Source: Sinorhizobium meliloti
Lineage (GTDB): Bacteria > Pseudomonadota > Alphaproteobacteria > Rhizobiales > Rhizobiaceae
Length of the DNA stretch: 32,000 nt
Assembly: GCF_017876815.1 (NCBI RefSeq)
Contig: NZ_JAGIOS010000003.1
Coordinates: 1,470,001 to 1,502,000, forward strand
Direction of reading: 5' to 3'
Positions 10,109 through 17,632 of the stretch are shown one piece after another. The translations under genes and the position numbers were made by a program. The first letter of the stretch is position 1. The number at the start of each line of letters is the position of its first letter. Under the pieces are notes generated by a model that searched no databases, was not told where the DNA came from, and saw only the letters and a list, made by a program, of their open reading frames with translations.

Positions 10109-10413
10109 GATTGGCCCTCCTTCTCTTCGAGTGTTGCGCATGATCGCGCTTCCTGTCTTCTTCTCTTCTTCGACATACCCTGCCCCTGATGTGCACACTT
10201 CCGGAGATTTTCACTGCCGTTTGGGCATAGGGAGATGGGGCCAAGACTGTCGAGATAGGCGGATGCGCCGCCTTTCTCGTAGGTCGAGGAGGCGACGTTG
10301 CGGTCGCAGAAGGACTTCAGCACCTGGCGCACCCGGAAATGGGGAGGAAGCATGGATCGACTCGCTAGCGCAAATCGGTACGCGCAGATGTGATTTGGTG
10401 CGTGAAAACCCAT
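10105..10413 (-). CDS. small hypothetical protein (102 aa, or 82 aa from ATG 10353), translationally coupled to the ATP-grasp gene
   Basis: It fills the 322-nt gap between the decarboxylase stop and the ATP-grasp start. Third-codon-position GC is very high across FRVRQVLKSFCDRNVASSTYEKGGASAYLDSLGPISLCPNG. Its TGA overlaps the ATP-grasp ATG (ATGA). I recognise no family. Confidence 0.5.
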   Translation of the reverse strand: MGFHAPNHICAYRFALASRSMLPPHFRVRQVLKSFCDRNVASSTYEKGGASAYLDSLGPISLCPNGSENLRKCAHQGQGMSKKRRRQEARSCATLEEKEGQS

Positions 10414-10430
10414 TGTTTGAGGGAGCACAC

Positions 10431-13211
10431 TCAAGACGCGCCTCCATGCCCGGGAGACGGCTTTTGTGCGTCCAGAACTCTGGTAAGCGCTTTCTCCGTG
10501 AAAACCCGAAAACCCTGTTCCGGCCGGAAGCCGTGTATTTCGCGAACATCGAGCGCGCGCAGATATTGCAGTATCGCGGGACTTATGACCTGGCCCGGCA
10601 CGAGAATGGGCGAGCCCGGTGGGTAAGGGGTAACGAGACGCGCAGAGACCAGTTCGCGGCCCCGTGCGATGGCGCCTTCGGCTTCGATGAGGTTGAGATA
10701 CTCGCACTTTGCATTGTCATAGGACAGGTAATAGGCCGAGCGTATGTCGCCATCTCGGCTTCCCATGTTAGTAAAAGAGTCCGTCGCGCGGAACGCCGAA
10801 TGGAAGGCTGAAAAGGTTGGCAGCGGCGGCTGTTTCTGCGTCAGCGAGAGAAACTGTTGATCGTGGATGCTGCGCTCGATCATGGAGAGATCGCGCACTT
10901 TATCGTCGATGTCGCGCGCGATCTTCACCAGCACCCCGATGAGATGGGCTAGGTCGGAGCGTGTGCAGCCGATATTCACTATGAACAACACCGTGTTGGG
11001 CGAGGTCTTGTTGATCTGGATCTTGTGTTCATCCATCAGCTTGTTCTTGAATGGGTCGCCACTGAGGCCTGTCGCGCCGATTTCCAGCGTTACGCGTGTC
11101 GGATCGAGCGCGAATTCGTCCGTCCGCCAGGCCGCCTCAAAATTGCTCCAGCCGGTCTTCTCGTCGAAACAGGATTCCGCGTTCGACTGGCGATATTTCG
11201 GCGGCACGAGATCGTCGCCGCCGAGGACTCGGAAATACTTCGTCAGCAGCGGATGGCGGAACATCTGCTCGCGCAGGCTCATGGCGAGTTCCAGCGTGCG
11301 CTGCACGAGTTTATAGCCTTCCATTTCCACCTGCCGGCGGCCGACGTCGAGCGACGCAAGGATCTGGTAGTTTGGTGAGGTCGAGGTGTGCGTCATATAG
11401 GCCTCGTGGAAGGCCTCCTCGGTCTTTTCCTTGAACTCCTGATCCCAGATGTGAATCATTGACCCCTGCCGCAGTGCCGTCAGCGTCTTGTGCGTCGACT
11501 GGGTTGCATAGACCCGCACCCGCGCCTTCGACGGATCTGGAAGGAGTTGCGTGTTCAGGATCCTTTCGTCGTCCTTCCAGGCCCCGGCGTCGAATTCGGC
11601 GCTGAAGGCCTCGTAGCGGGTGGCGTAGTCAGGAGCCTGCAGCATCGCGGTAAGATTGGCGGCAGCTTTCATAGCCGTGCGCTGCCGGAGTATCGGATGC
11701 GCGTAAGCGAAGGCGAACCAGGCCTCGTCCCACACGAAGACGAGATGCGGCGCGATCGCCAGGCACTCCATCATCACGCGCTCTACGTTATAGACGATGC
11801 CATCGAAGGTGCAGTTGGTGAGCAGCAGCAGACGAACACGGTCGAGCGTGCCGGCGTGCTTGTAGGCGAGAAGGGTCCGCTTCAGGTCCCGCAAGGGCAC
11901 TCCGCCATATATGGAATAATCGTTCCGCGGATAGGGATCCAGATAGTCGACCCGCGCCCCCGCCAGCACCAGCCCGTAATGGTGTGATTTGTGGCAGTTG
12001 CGGTCGGCCAGCACCACGTCGCCTGGCCTGACAAGCGCCTGCAACACGACCTTGTTGGCGGTCGAAGTCCCGTTGGTGACAAAGAAGCTGCGCTTGGCGC
12101 CAAAGGCGCGCGCGGCATATACCTGCGCAAGCTTCAATGGGCCGGTCGGATCGAGCAGGGAATCCAGGCCGCCTGAGGTAGCGGAGGTCTCCGCCATGAA
12201 CAGGTTGATGCCATAGAACCGCGCAAGATCGTCGATCCAACTCGAATTCACGATCGACTTGCCGCGGGAGACCGGCAAGGCATGGAAGACGCTTACCGGC
12301 TGTTTGGCGTGGTTGCGCACGGCATCGAAGAAGGGCGTCTGGTAGCGCAGCGCGACGCCGCGTGTGATGGAGTAATATAGTTCGTCTTGGTGCTCATCGC
12401 GGAAGAAGACGCGCCGGAACGTTTCGCCCATGCGCGCAGCGATGTCCTCGACATTGCCGTCAGTGACGAGATAGAGGTCGAGCTCTGGCCGAAGCTGCGC
12501 AATCTGGCGGCCGAGCAGCGGGCCGCGCTCGGATTCCGGAACGGCATCGATGCCGGCGACTAGCCCGTCGAGGACCCGACGCCACGTGGCCAGATGATGG
12601 TCCTGCGAGCGGGAGGGAAAACCGTAACGGACAACCACGGCCTGGAGGTCGAAGTTGACGAGCGTCGCGATCAGAGCGTCCTCGAAGGTCGGCACGATGA
12701 CTATGTCAAAGACGAAGTCGTCATCGATGCAGCGTTTGCGCTGTACGCGCCGGCGTAGAGCCTCCTGCTCGGAGCCCGACATCTGGCCAACTATCAGCAC
12801 CTCGAAATAGTGGCGAGCCTGCCGCTGTTCGTCAGTTTCGATCTGGGAGGGCAGGTCGCCTTCGGTCTCCGATAACACGCTTTGGCGGCGATAGGTCTGC
12901 CTGGCGAGCATCTTGTGAATCCGCCGCGCGGCGAGATGGGCCTGGACCAGTTCCCGTCGTTCGACCAACCCTTTCAGTTCGGCGAAGGAACGTGCACCGG
13001 GAAAAGCCCAGTAGGTCTCTATGGGGGACAGAGTCTTGATAGCGTGGGTCACCCGCTCAAGGGTTGTAATGAAATCGGAATGGTCCGGGGAAATAGTCGA
13101 GAGCAGCCCCAGATCGTCCACCAATAATGTCCAACTGTCAGAGCGAAGCTCCGCGATGCTGCGGCAGCTATGTAGCGATATTTCGACGGTATCCGTGGTG
13201 GCGATAGTCAT
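10431..13211 (-). CDS. large Orn/Lys/Arg decarboxylase-family PLP enzyme (926 aa)
   Basis: Fold-type-I major domain with PLP lysine motif ATQSTHKTL, plus TSATSGGLDSLLDP and VTNGTSTANK blocks. A wing-like N-terminal domain is preceded by an extra segment of about 140 aa. The start at ATG 13211 forms ATGA with the nifH-derived leader ORF. The track ORF to 13442 reads through the promoter cassette and is not credible. Confidence 0.85.
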   Translation of the reverse strand: MTIATTDTVEISLHSCRSIAELRSDSWTLLVDDLGLLSTISPDHSDFITTLERVTHAIKTLSPIETYWAFPGARSFAELKGLVERRELVQAHLAARRIHKMLARQTYRRQSVLSETEGDLPSQIETDEQRQARHYFEVLIVGQMSGSEQEALRRRVQRKRCIDDDFVFDIVIVPTFEDALIATLVNFDLQAVVVRYGFPSRSQDHHLATWRRVLDGLVAGIDAVPESERGPLLGRQIAQLRPELDLYLVTDGNVEDIAARMGETFRRVFFRDEHQDELYYSITRGVALRYQTPFFDAVRNHAKQPVSVFHALPVSRGKSIVNSSWIDDLARFYGINLFMAETSATSGGLDSLLDPTGPLKLAQVYAARAFGAKRSFFVTNGTSTANKVVLQALVRPGDVVLADRNCHKSHHYGLVLAGARVDYLDPYPRNDYSIYGGVPLRDLKRTLLAYKHAGTLDRVRLLLLTNCTFDGIVYNVERVMMECLAIAPHLVFVWDEAWFAFAYAHPILRQRTAMKAAANLTAMLQAPDYATRYEAFSAEFDAGAWKDDERILNTQLLPDPSKARVRVYATQSTHKTLTALRQGSMIHIWDQEFKEKTEEAFHEAYMTHTSTSPNYQILASLDVGRRQVEMEGYKLVQRTLELAMSLREQMFRHPLLTKYFRVLGGDDLVPPKYRQSNAESCFDEKTGWSNFEAAWRTDEFALDPTRVTLEIGATGLSGDPFKNKLMDEHKIQINKTSPNTVLFIVNIGCTRSDLAHLIGVLVKIARDIDDKVRDLSMIERSIHDQQFLSLTQKQPPLPTFSAFHSAFRATDSFTNMGSRDGDIRSAYYLSYDNAKCEYLNLIEAEGAIARGRELVSARLVTPYPPGSPILVPGQVISPAILQYLRALDVREIHGFRPEQGFRVFTEKALTRVLDAQKPSPGHGGAS

Positions 13212-13354
13212 GGTCTTCCAAGCTCCCGTCGGTGGCTGAGTGCGAGATGATGCCGCGACATCGGACGCGGCTGGTTCCCTCGAAGCAATGGACACGGCAC
13301 CCGCTTGGGCTTGTGTTTCTTGCAGTGGAACGCGATCTGACGCAGAGCTGCCAT
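13208..13354 (-). CDS. nifH-derived leader ORF (48 aa): 9 nifH codons followed by unrelated sequence
   Basis: AAGGAAG SD, then ATG 13354: MAALRQIAFHCKKHKPKRVPCPLLRGNQPRPMSRHHLALSHRRELGRP*. The stop TGA (13210-13208) overlaps the decarboxylase ATG (13211-13209). Confidence 0.5.
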   Translation of the reverse strand: MAALRQIAFHCKKHKPKRVPCPLLRGNQPRPMSRHHLALSHRRELGRP

Positions 13355-13403
13355 CTTGCTTCCTTTGTTGTTTAATTATTTGGGTTGTTCGGAGGGTTGA
13401 TCG

Positions 13404-13419
13404 TGCAAAAGTCATGCCA
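13404..13419 (-). promoter_or_regulatory. sigma54 (RpoN) -24/-12 promoter, copy A
   Basis: Minus strand TGGCATGACTTTTGCA, matching TGGCAC-N5-TTGCA with correct GG/GC spacing. Confidence 0.75.
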
Positions 13420-13507
13420 GGCCGCAGGAGTGACTGAAGCAATGCTAATTGCTTTCTTTCAGATGGTTAGATCGGGAAATTGACGACACGGTCGAAGGAA
13501 CAATCGG

Positions 13508-13523
13508 TGTCGCAAAGCCGACA
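13508..13523 (-). promoter_or_regulatory. NifA upstream activator sequence, copy A
   Basis: TGTCGCAAAGCCGACA fits TGT-N10-ACA and lies about 90 nt upstream of the -24/-12 element. Confidence 0.7.
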
Positions 13524-13607
13524 AAGGTGACGAACAATGTCGTATGGGTGGTCGTCACGCGTCCGAGCATGTGGAGGCGTGGGCGCTCTTCCGAAACTTT
13601 GTTTAGC

Positions 13608-13859
13608 TCACCGAGCGTGGTGCCGTCCTCTAAGTGCTGACGGCATCGGTCGGAACGCACAAGCCCGTCGCCGCATGCGCGACATGACGTTGATGCGGCT
13701 CTGGAAGAGCACTTCGTTATCCGACGGGAAGCCAAGGCTCTCGTCTTCGACGGTGGACTCAGTTATGGTCTTCACTGGAGTCTGTACGGCGCAGGAGGAT
13801 TTGTGGAGGCCGTGGTGCTCCACGGAGCGGGGTCCATACCTGAATGCCAAGTGCGTCAT
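13608..13859 (-). CDS. small hypothetical protein (83 aa), paralogue of the body of the 20362-20664 ORF; 3' end probably decayed
   Basis: AGGGAA SD before ATG 13859 and high GC3. The core VEDESLGFPSDNEVLFQSRINVMSRMR matches IEDRSLGSPSKNEMHFHSRMKVMASMR in the copy-C ORF (16/27 identical). The tail runs into the cassette A upstream region. Confidence 0.45.
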   Translation of the reverse strand: MTHLAFRYGPRSVEHHGLHKSSCAVQTPVKTITESTVEDESLGFPSDNEVLFQSRINVMSRMRRRACAFRPMPSALRGRHHAR

Positions 13860-13887
13860 CGATTCCCTGCTATGAGAGTTTTTGGAT

Positions 13888-14109
13888 CTACAAGATGTTG
13901 CCGTCCGGTGAACCTTGGCGAACAGCGAACGTCGTCGGCTCATCGTCCGCGACACCAGCATCGTAGACGAGGCGTTCCCGTACCGAATTGTCTCGGTTAA
14001 ATGTCAGCACCCGCGATTTGATCTCCGCGATCTGATTTTGCTCAATATAAGCGGAGGAGCAAATGATGACCTCATCTCCAACCTGGCAGGTGCGCGCAGC
14101 GGCCCCCTC
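13888..14109 (-). pseudogene. aspartate 1-decarboxylase (PanD)-like C-terminal fragment fused out of frame to nifH codons
   Basis: Translation: EGAAARTCQVGDEVIICSSAYIEQNQIAEIKSRVLTFNRDN... This resembles the PanD C-terminal region (NGAAA...GD.VII.S.....E.......V.F...N). There is no N-terminal pyruvoyl-forming part and no start codon of its own. Confidence 0.5.
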
Positions 14110-14246
14110 GTAGACTTGCCGATACCCCCTTACCGTAGAACGCGATCTGACGCAGAGCTGCCATCTTGCTTCCTTTGTTGTTTAAACTAATTCGTTTGTT
14201 CGGGACAATTGAATGCGCACAGCATGCGCGCGCCACTGGGTGATCT

Positions 14247-14262
14247 TGCAAAAGTCGTGCCA
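14247..14262 (-). promoter_or_regulatory. sigma54 -24/-12 promoter, copy B
   Basis: Minus strand TGGCACGACTTTTGCA. Confidence 0.75.
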
Positions 14263-14348
14263 GGCCGCAGGAGTTACTAGAGTAATGCTAATGGCTTTCT
14301 TTCACATGGTTAGATCGGGAAGTTGGCCGCATGGTTGAAGGAAATCTG

Positions 14349-14364
14349 TGTCGGGGAGCCGACA
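14349..14364 (-). promoter_or_regulatory. NifA UAS, copy B
   Basis: TGTCGGGGAGCCGACA fits TGT-N10-ACA. Confidence 0.7.
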
Positions 14365-14936
14365 AGGGCGGCGGACAATGTCGTATGCTGTGCAGTCATC
14401 CGTTTCGACACCGGGGCTTCTTCGCCTACAGGATCGAGGTGATGGGGCGGAGAAATGCCGCGACATGAGTCAGGCGCAAATGCTGGAGGCTTTTTCGTCC
14501 GGGACGGTCGGGGTCTTTGCGTCCTACAGTGCAGCGCTCGGCCAGATTGAAAGCAGGTGGCGGGCAAATTTGCACTCAAGGCAGCGCCTTGGCCGATCAT
14601 GTCTAAAGGTGGACGTGTTCCGGCAGGCGGTCGCGTGATCATGATTTATTCGAAGGATCCAAGCAAACAGAAGGCCGAAAACGCAAAACCTGCTCGCCAC
14701 ATCCTACGAGCTGAATCCAAATCAGCGAGCCGCGCTCGACTCCGTTACGCCTGACGAAATGGCTTTCGTATCCCGGTGACAATGGATCAATCAAGGTCAG
14801 CGAGGTCATTCGTGATCAGCTTCGGCGCATTCTTATCGGCCATGAGGAGCCGGCAGCTGTTCTGGCCAACAAAAGGCTGCCGTGCAGCCGCACGTTGCCG
14901 CAAACCAACCCCTCGTCCAAATAAAATCGGAACATA

Positions 14937-14971
14937 GAAGAGGCCCTGCAGGGGGCCTCTTGCGTTTTATT
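14937..14971 (+). terminator. Rho-independent terminator-like hairpin
   Basis: GAAGAGGCCC-TGCAG-GGGCCTCTT followed by GCGTTTTATT. The upstream plus-strand coding sequence is fragmentary (frames broken), so the gene it terminates is unclear. Confidence 0.55.
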
Positions 14972-15301
14972 GTGTAGATTGTCCCGGTCGTCGATCATGT
15001 CCCAGGGAGTTCTCTAATCGCGGTTGTCAAGTTGATCGCAGAGGGTGTCACAGGTCAGGCTCATGGTTCTCTTCGAGGTCGGCACTTGGGCCGCCTCATC
15101 ATGGCGTTGGATAGGCTCAGTCGACCAATGTGGTGTTCGCGGTTACCTGCATGAGCCGGCATTCGCATTCCTGGGATCGGTCTTGACTGCGCCATCGTCC
15201 TGACCGGACGATCTCGCTAATCTCAGCTAATCATGGACATCATTGTAATCATGCCAGCCCGCTCGGCTCTTGCGATGACCAACGGAAGGGTTCGCCGGAT
15301 A

Positions 15302-15770
15302 TCACATGGCGTGGAGGATGACGGCGAGCTTTCGGGCTACCGCCACCTTAGCCTTTCGATAGCCGCCTCGCCGCGCGATGCGCAGCCTCCAGCTCTTTAA
15401 AGCGGAGAACCGTGGAATACGAGTCAGCAGCGAATTGGCTGCCTCATACAGGCTGCCTCGAAGAAAGTCGGCGCCCCGTTTCGAGACGCGCCCGGATCTC
15501 ATCGTCTCACCGGAGGCATAGATGCGAGGTGTCAGGCCAAGGTAAGCTCCGGTGCTGGACGATCGTTTGAATCGTGTCGGATCATCAATGGTCGCGGTGA
15601 AGCCGAGCGCAGTGATGGCGCAGACACCAGGGACCGACATTAGGCGTCTTACGACAGCGTTCTGCCGCGCTATCGAGCGAACCTTCGCATCGAGGAGACC
15701 CACTCGGAAGCGGGAGCTGGTGAGGGGCATGTGCCGAGATTGGATGATCTCGATCCGCGTAGTTGCGGTC
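15302..15770 (-). pseudogene. IS110-family transposase, C-terminal half only
   Basis: RRLMSVPGVCAITALGFTATIDDPTRFKRSSSTGAYLGLTPRIYASGETMRSGRVSKRGADFLRGSLYEAANSLL...KAKVAVARKLAVILHAM is the Transposase_20 domain. The N-terminal DEDD domain is absent. Confidence 0.8.
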
Positions 15771-15873
15771 CACTCGACTTTGATCCACCGACCTCTTCTT
15801 GCACTTCCGCGCCACAGCTATCGAGGTGATCCGTGACGCAAACGCTGCCACGGGTGTGCCGCCACGTTGGCTA

Positions 15874-16299
15874 CCGAAAACGGTTAATGTCGATCAGGGT
15901 ACGGAATTTGCGCCCCCGATCGCAACCTTTAGGCCTATGGACACGGGCGTGATCCTGGACTGCCACGGGTAAGCCTACGGACAGTGCCTACATCGAAGCA
16001 TTCAACAGCCGGTTCAGAGCCGAGCGCCTGAACCAGTACTGGTTCCTGCCCCCTGCGAACGCTCGCGAAAAGATGGAGCATTGACACAGAGATCACAATG
16101 AGTTTCGGACACATGGTGGATCGGCAACAAAGCGCCGATCGCACCCTCCGGGAAGCGCCGCCAGTCCGCTTCCCTGAGAAGGCCGCCCAGTCCCTTGAGC
16201 CGTCTAAACAAGCGCAACGACAAGCGCTGCTGTTGGGGTGCAAGGCCGTTTGATTGCTACTCTTCCCGATTTCCTGAGATTTCCGAGGCGCGGACCTCA
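15874..16299 (+). pseudogene. IS3-family (IS407-like) OrfB C-terminal remnant with frameshifts; possible right terminal repeat ending at 16299
   Basis: Pieces in shifting frames: LPKTVNVDQGTEF..., GKPTDSAYIEAFNSRFRAERLNQYWFLPPANAREKME, GNKAPIA. The sequence ...TTCCTGAGATTTCCGAGGCGCGGACCTCA ends in the TG/CA-type terminus expected for IS3 ends (inference). Confidence 0.65.
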
Positions 16300-16319
16300 G
16301 CCGATGAATGCCGCCAATC

Positions 16320-17306
16320 TCAGCCGTATACGCCGATTATTTCTATTTCACGCATCTCGGCCGGCGTGACGAGCGGCTCGGCCAGGAATTTCTCGGCTTC
16401 CAGCGCCGCCATGCTTCCCATGCCGGCGGCGCTGATCGCCCGACGGAAGACCGGGTCGATTACATCACCGGCCGCGAGTATCCCCGGAACGGATGTCTTC
16501 GTCGACCAGGAGCCAACCTTGATGTAGCCGGCCCGGTCCATGTCCAACTGACCGCGAAACAAGGCGGTTGCTGGATCATGACCTATGAAGAGGCCGTGCG
16601 TGGGCAGTTCCTTCGCGTCGCCGGTATTCACGTCACGAATTCGAACGCCGGTCACCGACTTCCGCGGCTCGCGCTCGCCGATAACTTCATCGATGACGTG
16701 GTTCCAAATGACGTCAACATTCGGTCTGGCCAAAAGGCGGTCCTGCAAGATCGGCTCCGCTCGAAAACGATTTCGGCGATGGACGACTGTGACCTTGGAG
16801 GCAAGGTTCGACAGATAGAGCGCTTCCTCCACGGCTGTGTTCCCGCCGCCGACAACGACCACTTCCTTGTTTCGATAGAAAAAGCCATCAGAGGTTGCGC
16901 AGGCGGAGACGCCGAATCCAGCAAATATCTTCTCTGAGGGAAGGCCAAGCCATCGGGGCTGGGCTCCCGTCGCGATGATGAGTGCGTCGGCGAGATACGT
17001 GTCGCCGGAGTGAGCTTGGAGACGGAATGGCCGCTTCCAGAGATCGACAGAGGTGATGATGTCGTACATCAACTTGGTGCCGACATTTTCTGCCTGCTGC
17101 CGCATCTGCTCCATCAGCAAGGGACCTTTGACCGGCTCAGCGAAACCTGGGAAGTTCTCGACATAAGCCATGGTGGTGAGCTGGCCGCCGGCCTGCCGGC
17201 CGGTTACGAGGAGTGGCTTCAGGTTGGCAAGGGCAGCGCAGATGGCAGCGGTATAGCCCGCCGGTCCGGCCCCGATGATCAGGACCCTGGCGTGGTGGGT
17301 GTTCAT
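16320..17306 (-). CDS. thioredoxin-reductase-like flavoprotein with CxxS (CATS) in place of the CATC redox centre
   Basis: 328 aa from ATG 17306 (AGGAGGAG SD). Motifs: FAD site GAGPAGYTAA, NADPH sites GGGNTAVEEALYL and VHRRNRFRA, and AAGDV. The active-site region reads VSACATSDGFFY, with a TCT codon where TrxB has TGT/TGC. The track ORF to 17540 is an extension. Confidence 0.85.
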   Translation of the reverse strand: MNTHHARVLIIGAGPAGYTAAICAALANLKPLLVTGRQAGGQLTTMAYVENFPGFAEPVKGPLLMEQMRQQAENVGTKLMYDIITSVDLWKRPFRLQAHSGDTYLADALIIATGAQPRWLGLPSEKIFAGFGVSACATSDGFFYRNKEVVVVGGGNTAVEEALYLSNLASKVTVVHRRNRFRAEPILQDRLLARPNVDVIWNHVIDEVIGEREPRKSVTGVRIRDVNTGDAKELPTHGLFIGHDPATALFRGQLDMDRAGYIKVGSWSTKTSVPGILAAGDVIDPVFRRAISAAGMGSMAALEAEKFLAEPLVTPAEMREIEIIGVYG

Positions 17307-17632
17307 GATGTGATCTCCTCCTACGTAACGGTCCGGTGGGTCGGCCGTGACGCGGCCTCGGGGTAGTTGGTGTAGCAAAGGCAGCTCCTTGCGCATTGTG
17401 AAGCACTCAGCAGATCGAAAGGGCTTGGGGCTTGGGGTTTGGGTTCTGCGTTGGGGCTGAGACAGCGGTTCTGAACCAATCTGGTGAGAGCAATCGTGTC
17501 GGCCGGGTTTCGCTGTGTGGTGACACAATGATGCTGCCAAGGGTGATATCGGACAGTGCCGCTGGTCAGCTTTGGAAATTGCAGTCTAATGCCGCATTGG
17601 CGCGCCCGCTTAGGCGCAACTTCAGTGGGACA

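Larger units (their letters stand above)
13327..13560 (-). repeat. nifH promoter / 5'-coding cassette, copy A
   Basis: Aligns with copies B, C and D from the NifA UAS through -24/-12, 5'UTR, SD and nifH codons 1-9. It lacks about 30 nt of 5'UTR that is present in B, C and D. Confidence 0.85.
14110..14470 (-). repeat. nifH promoter / 5'-coding cassette, copy B
   Basis: Contains UAS, -24/-12, 5'UTR, SD and nifH codons 1 to about 18 (MAALRQIAFYGKG...GKST). A 1-nt deletion in the GGT GGT region leaves a 30-aa ORF (14164-14072). Confidence 0.85.

Noticed and set aside
10431-13442. Track version of the decarboxylase ORF (1003 aa) starting at 13442. Similar 5'-extended versions are given for other genes: 499-2313, 8669-10198, 16320-17540 and 20362-20709.
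   Set aside because: The extensions translate promoter and UTR sequence (for the decarboxylase, the whole nifH SD and leader) and lack an SD. Internal starts with good SDs or ATGA coupling fit better.
14557-14935. Plus-strand coding potential upstream of the terminator hairpin, e.g. ...ELNPNQRAALDSVTPDEMAFVSR and GSIKVSEVIRDQLRRILIGHEEPAAVLANKRL.
   Set aside because: The plausible-looking pieces lie in different frames separated by stops, and I recognise no family. It is probably a decayed gene, so no CDS was called.
17486-17505. sigma54-like element on the minus strand (CCGGCCGACACGATTGCT) in the gap upstream of the TrxR-like gene.
   Set aside because: The GG-to-GC spacing is one nucleotide too long compared with TGGCAC-N5-TTGCA, the -24 region is poor, and there is no TGT-N10-ACA nearby.
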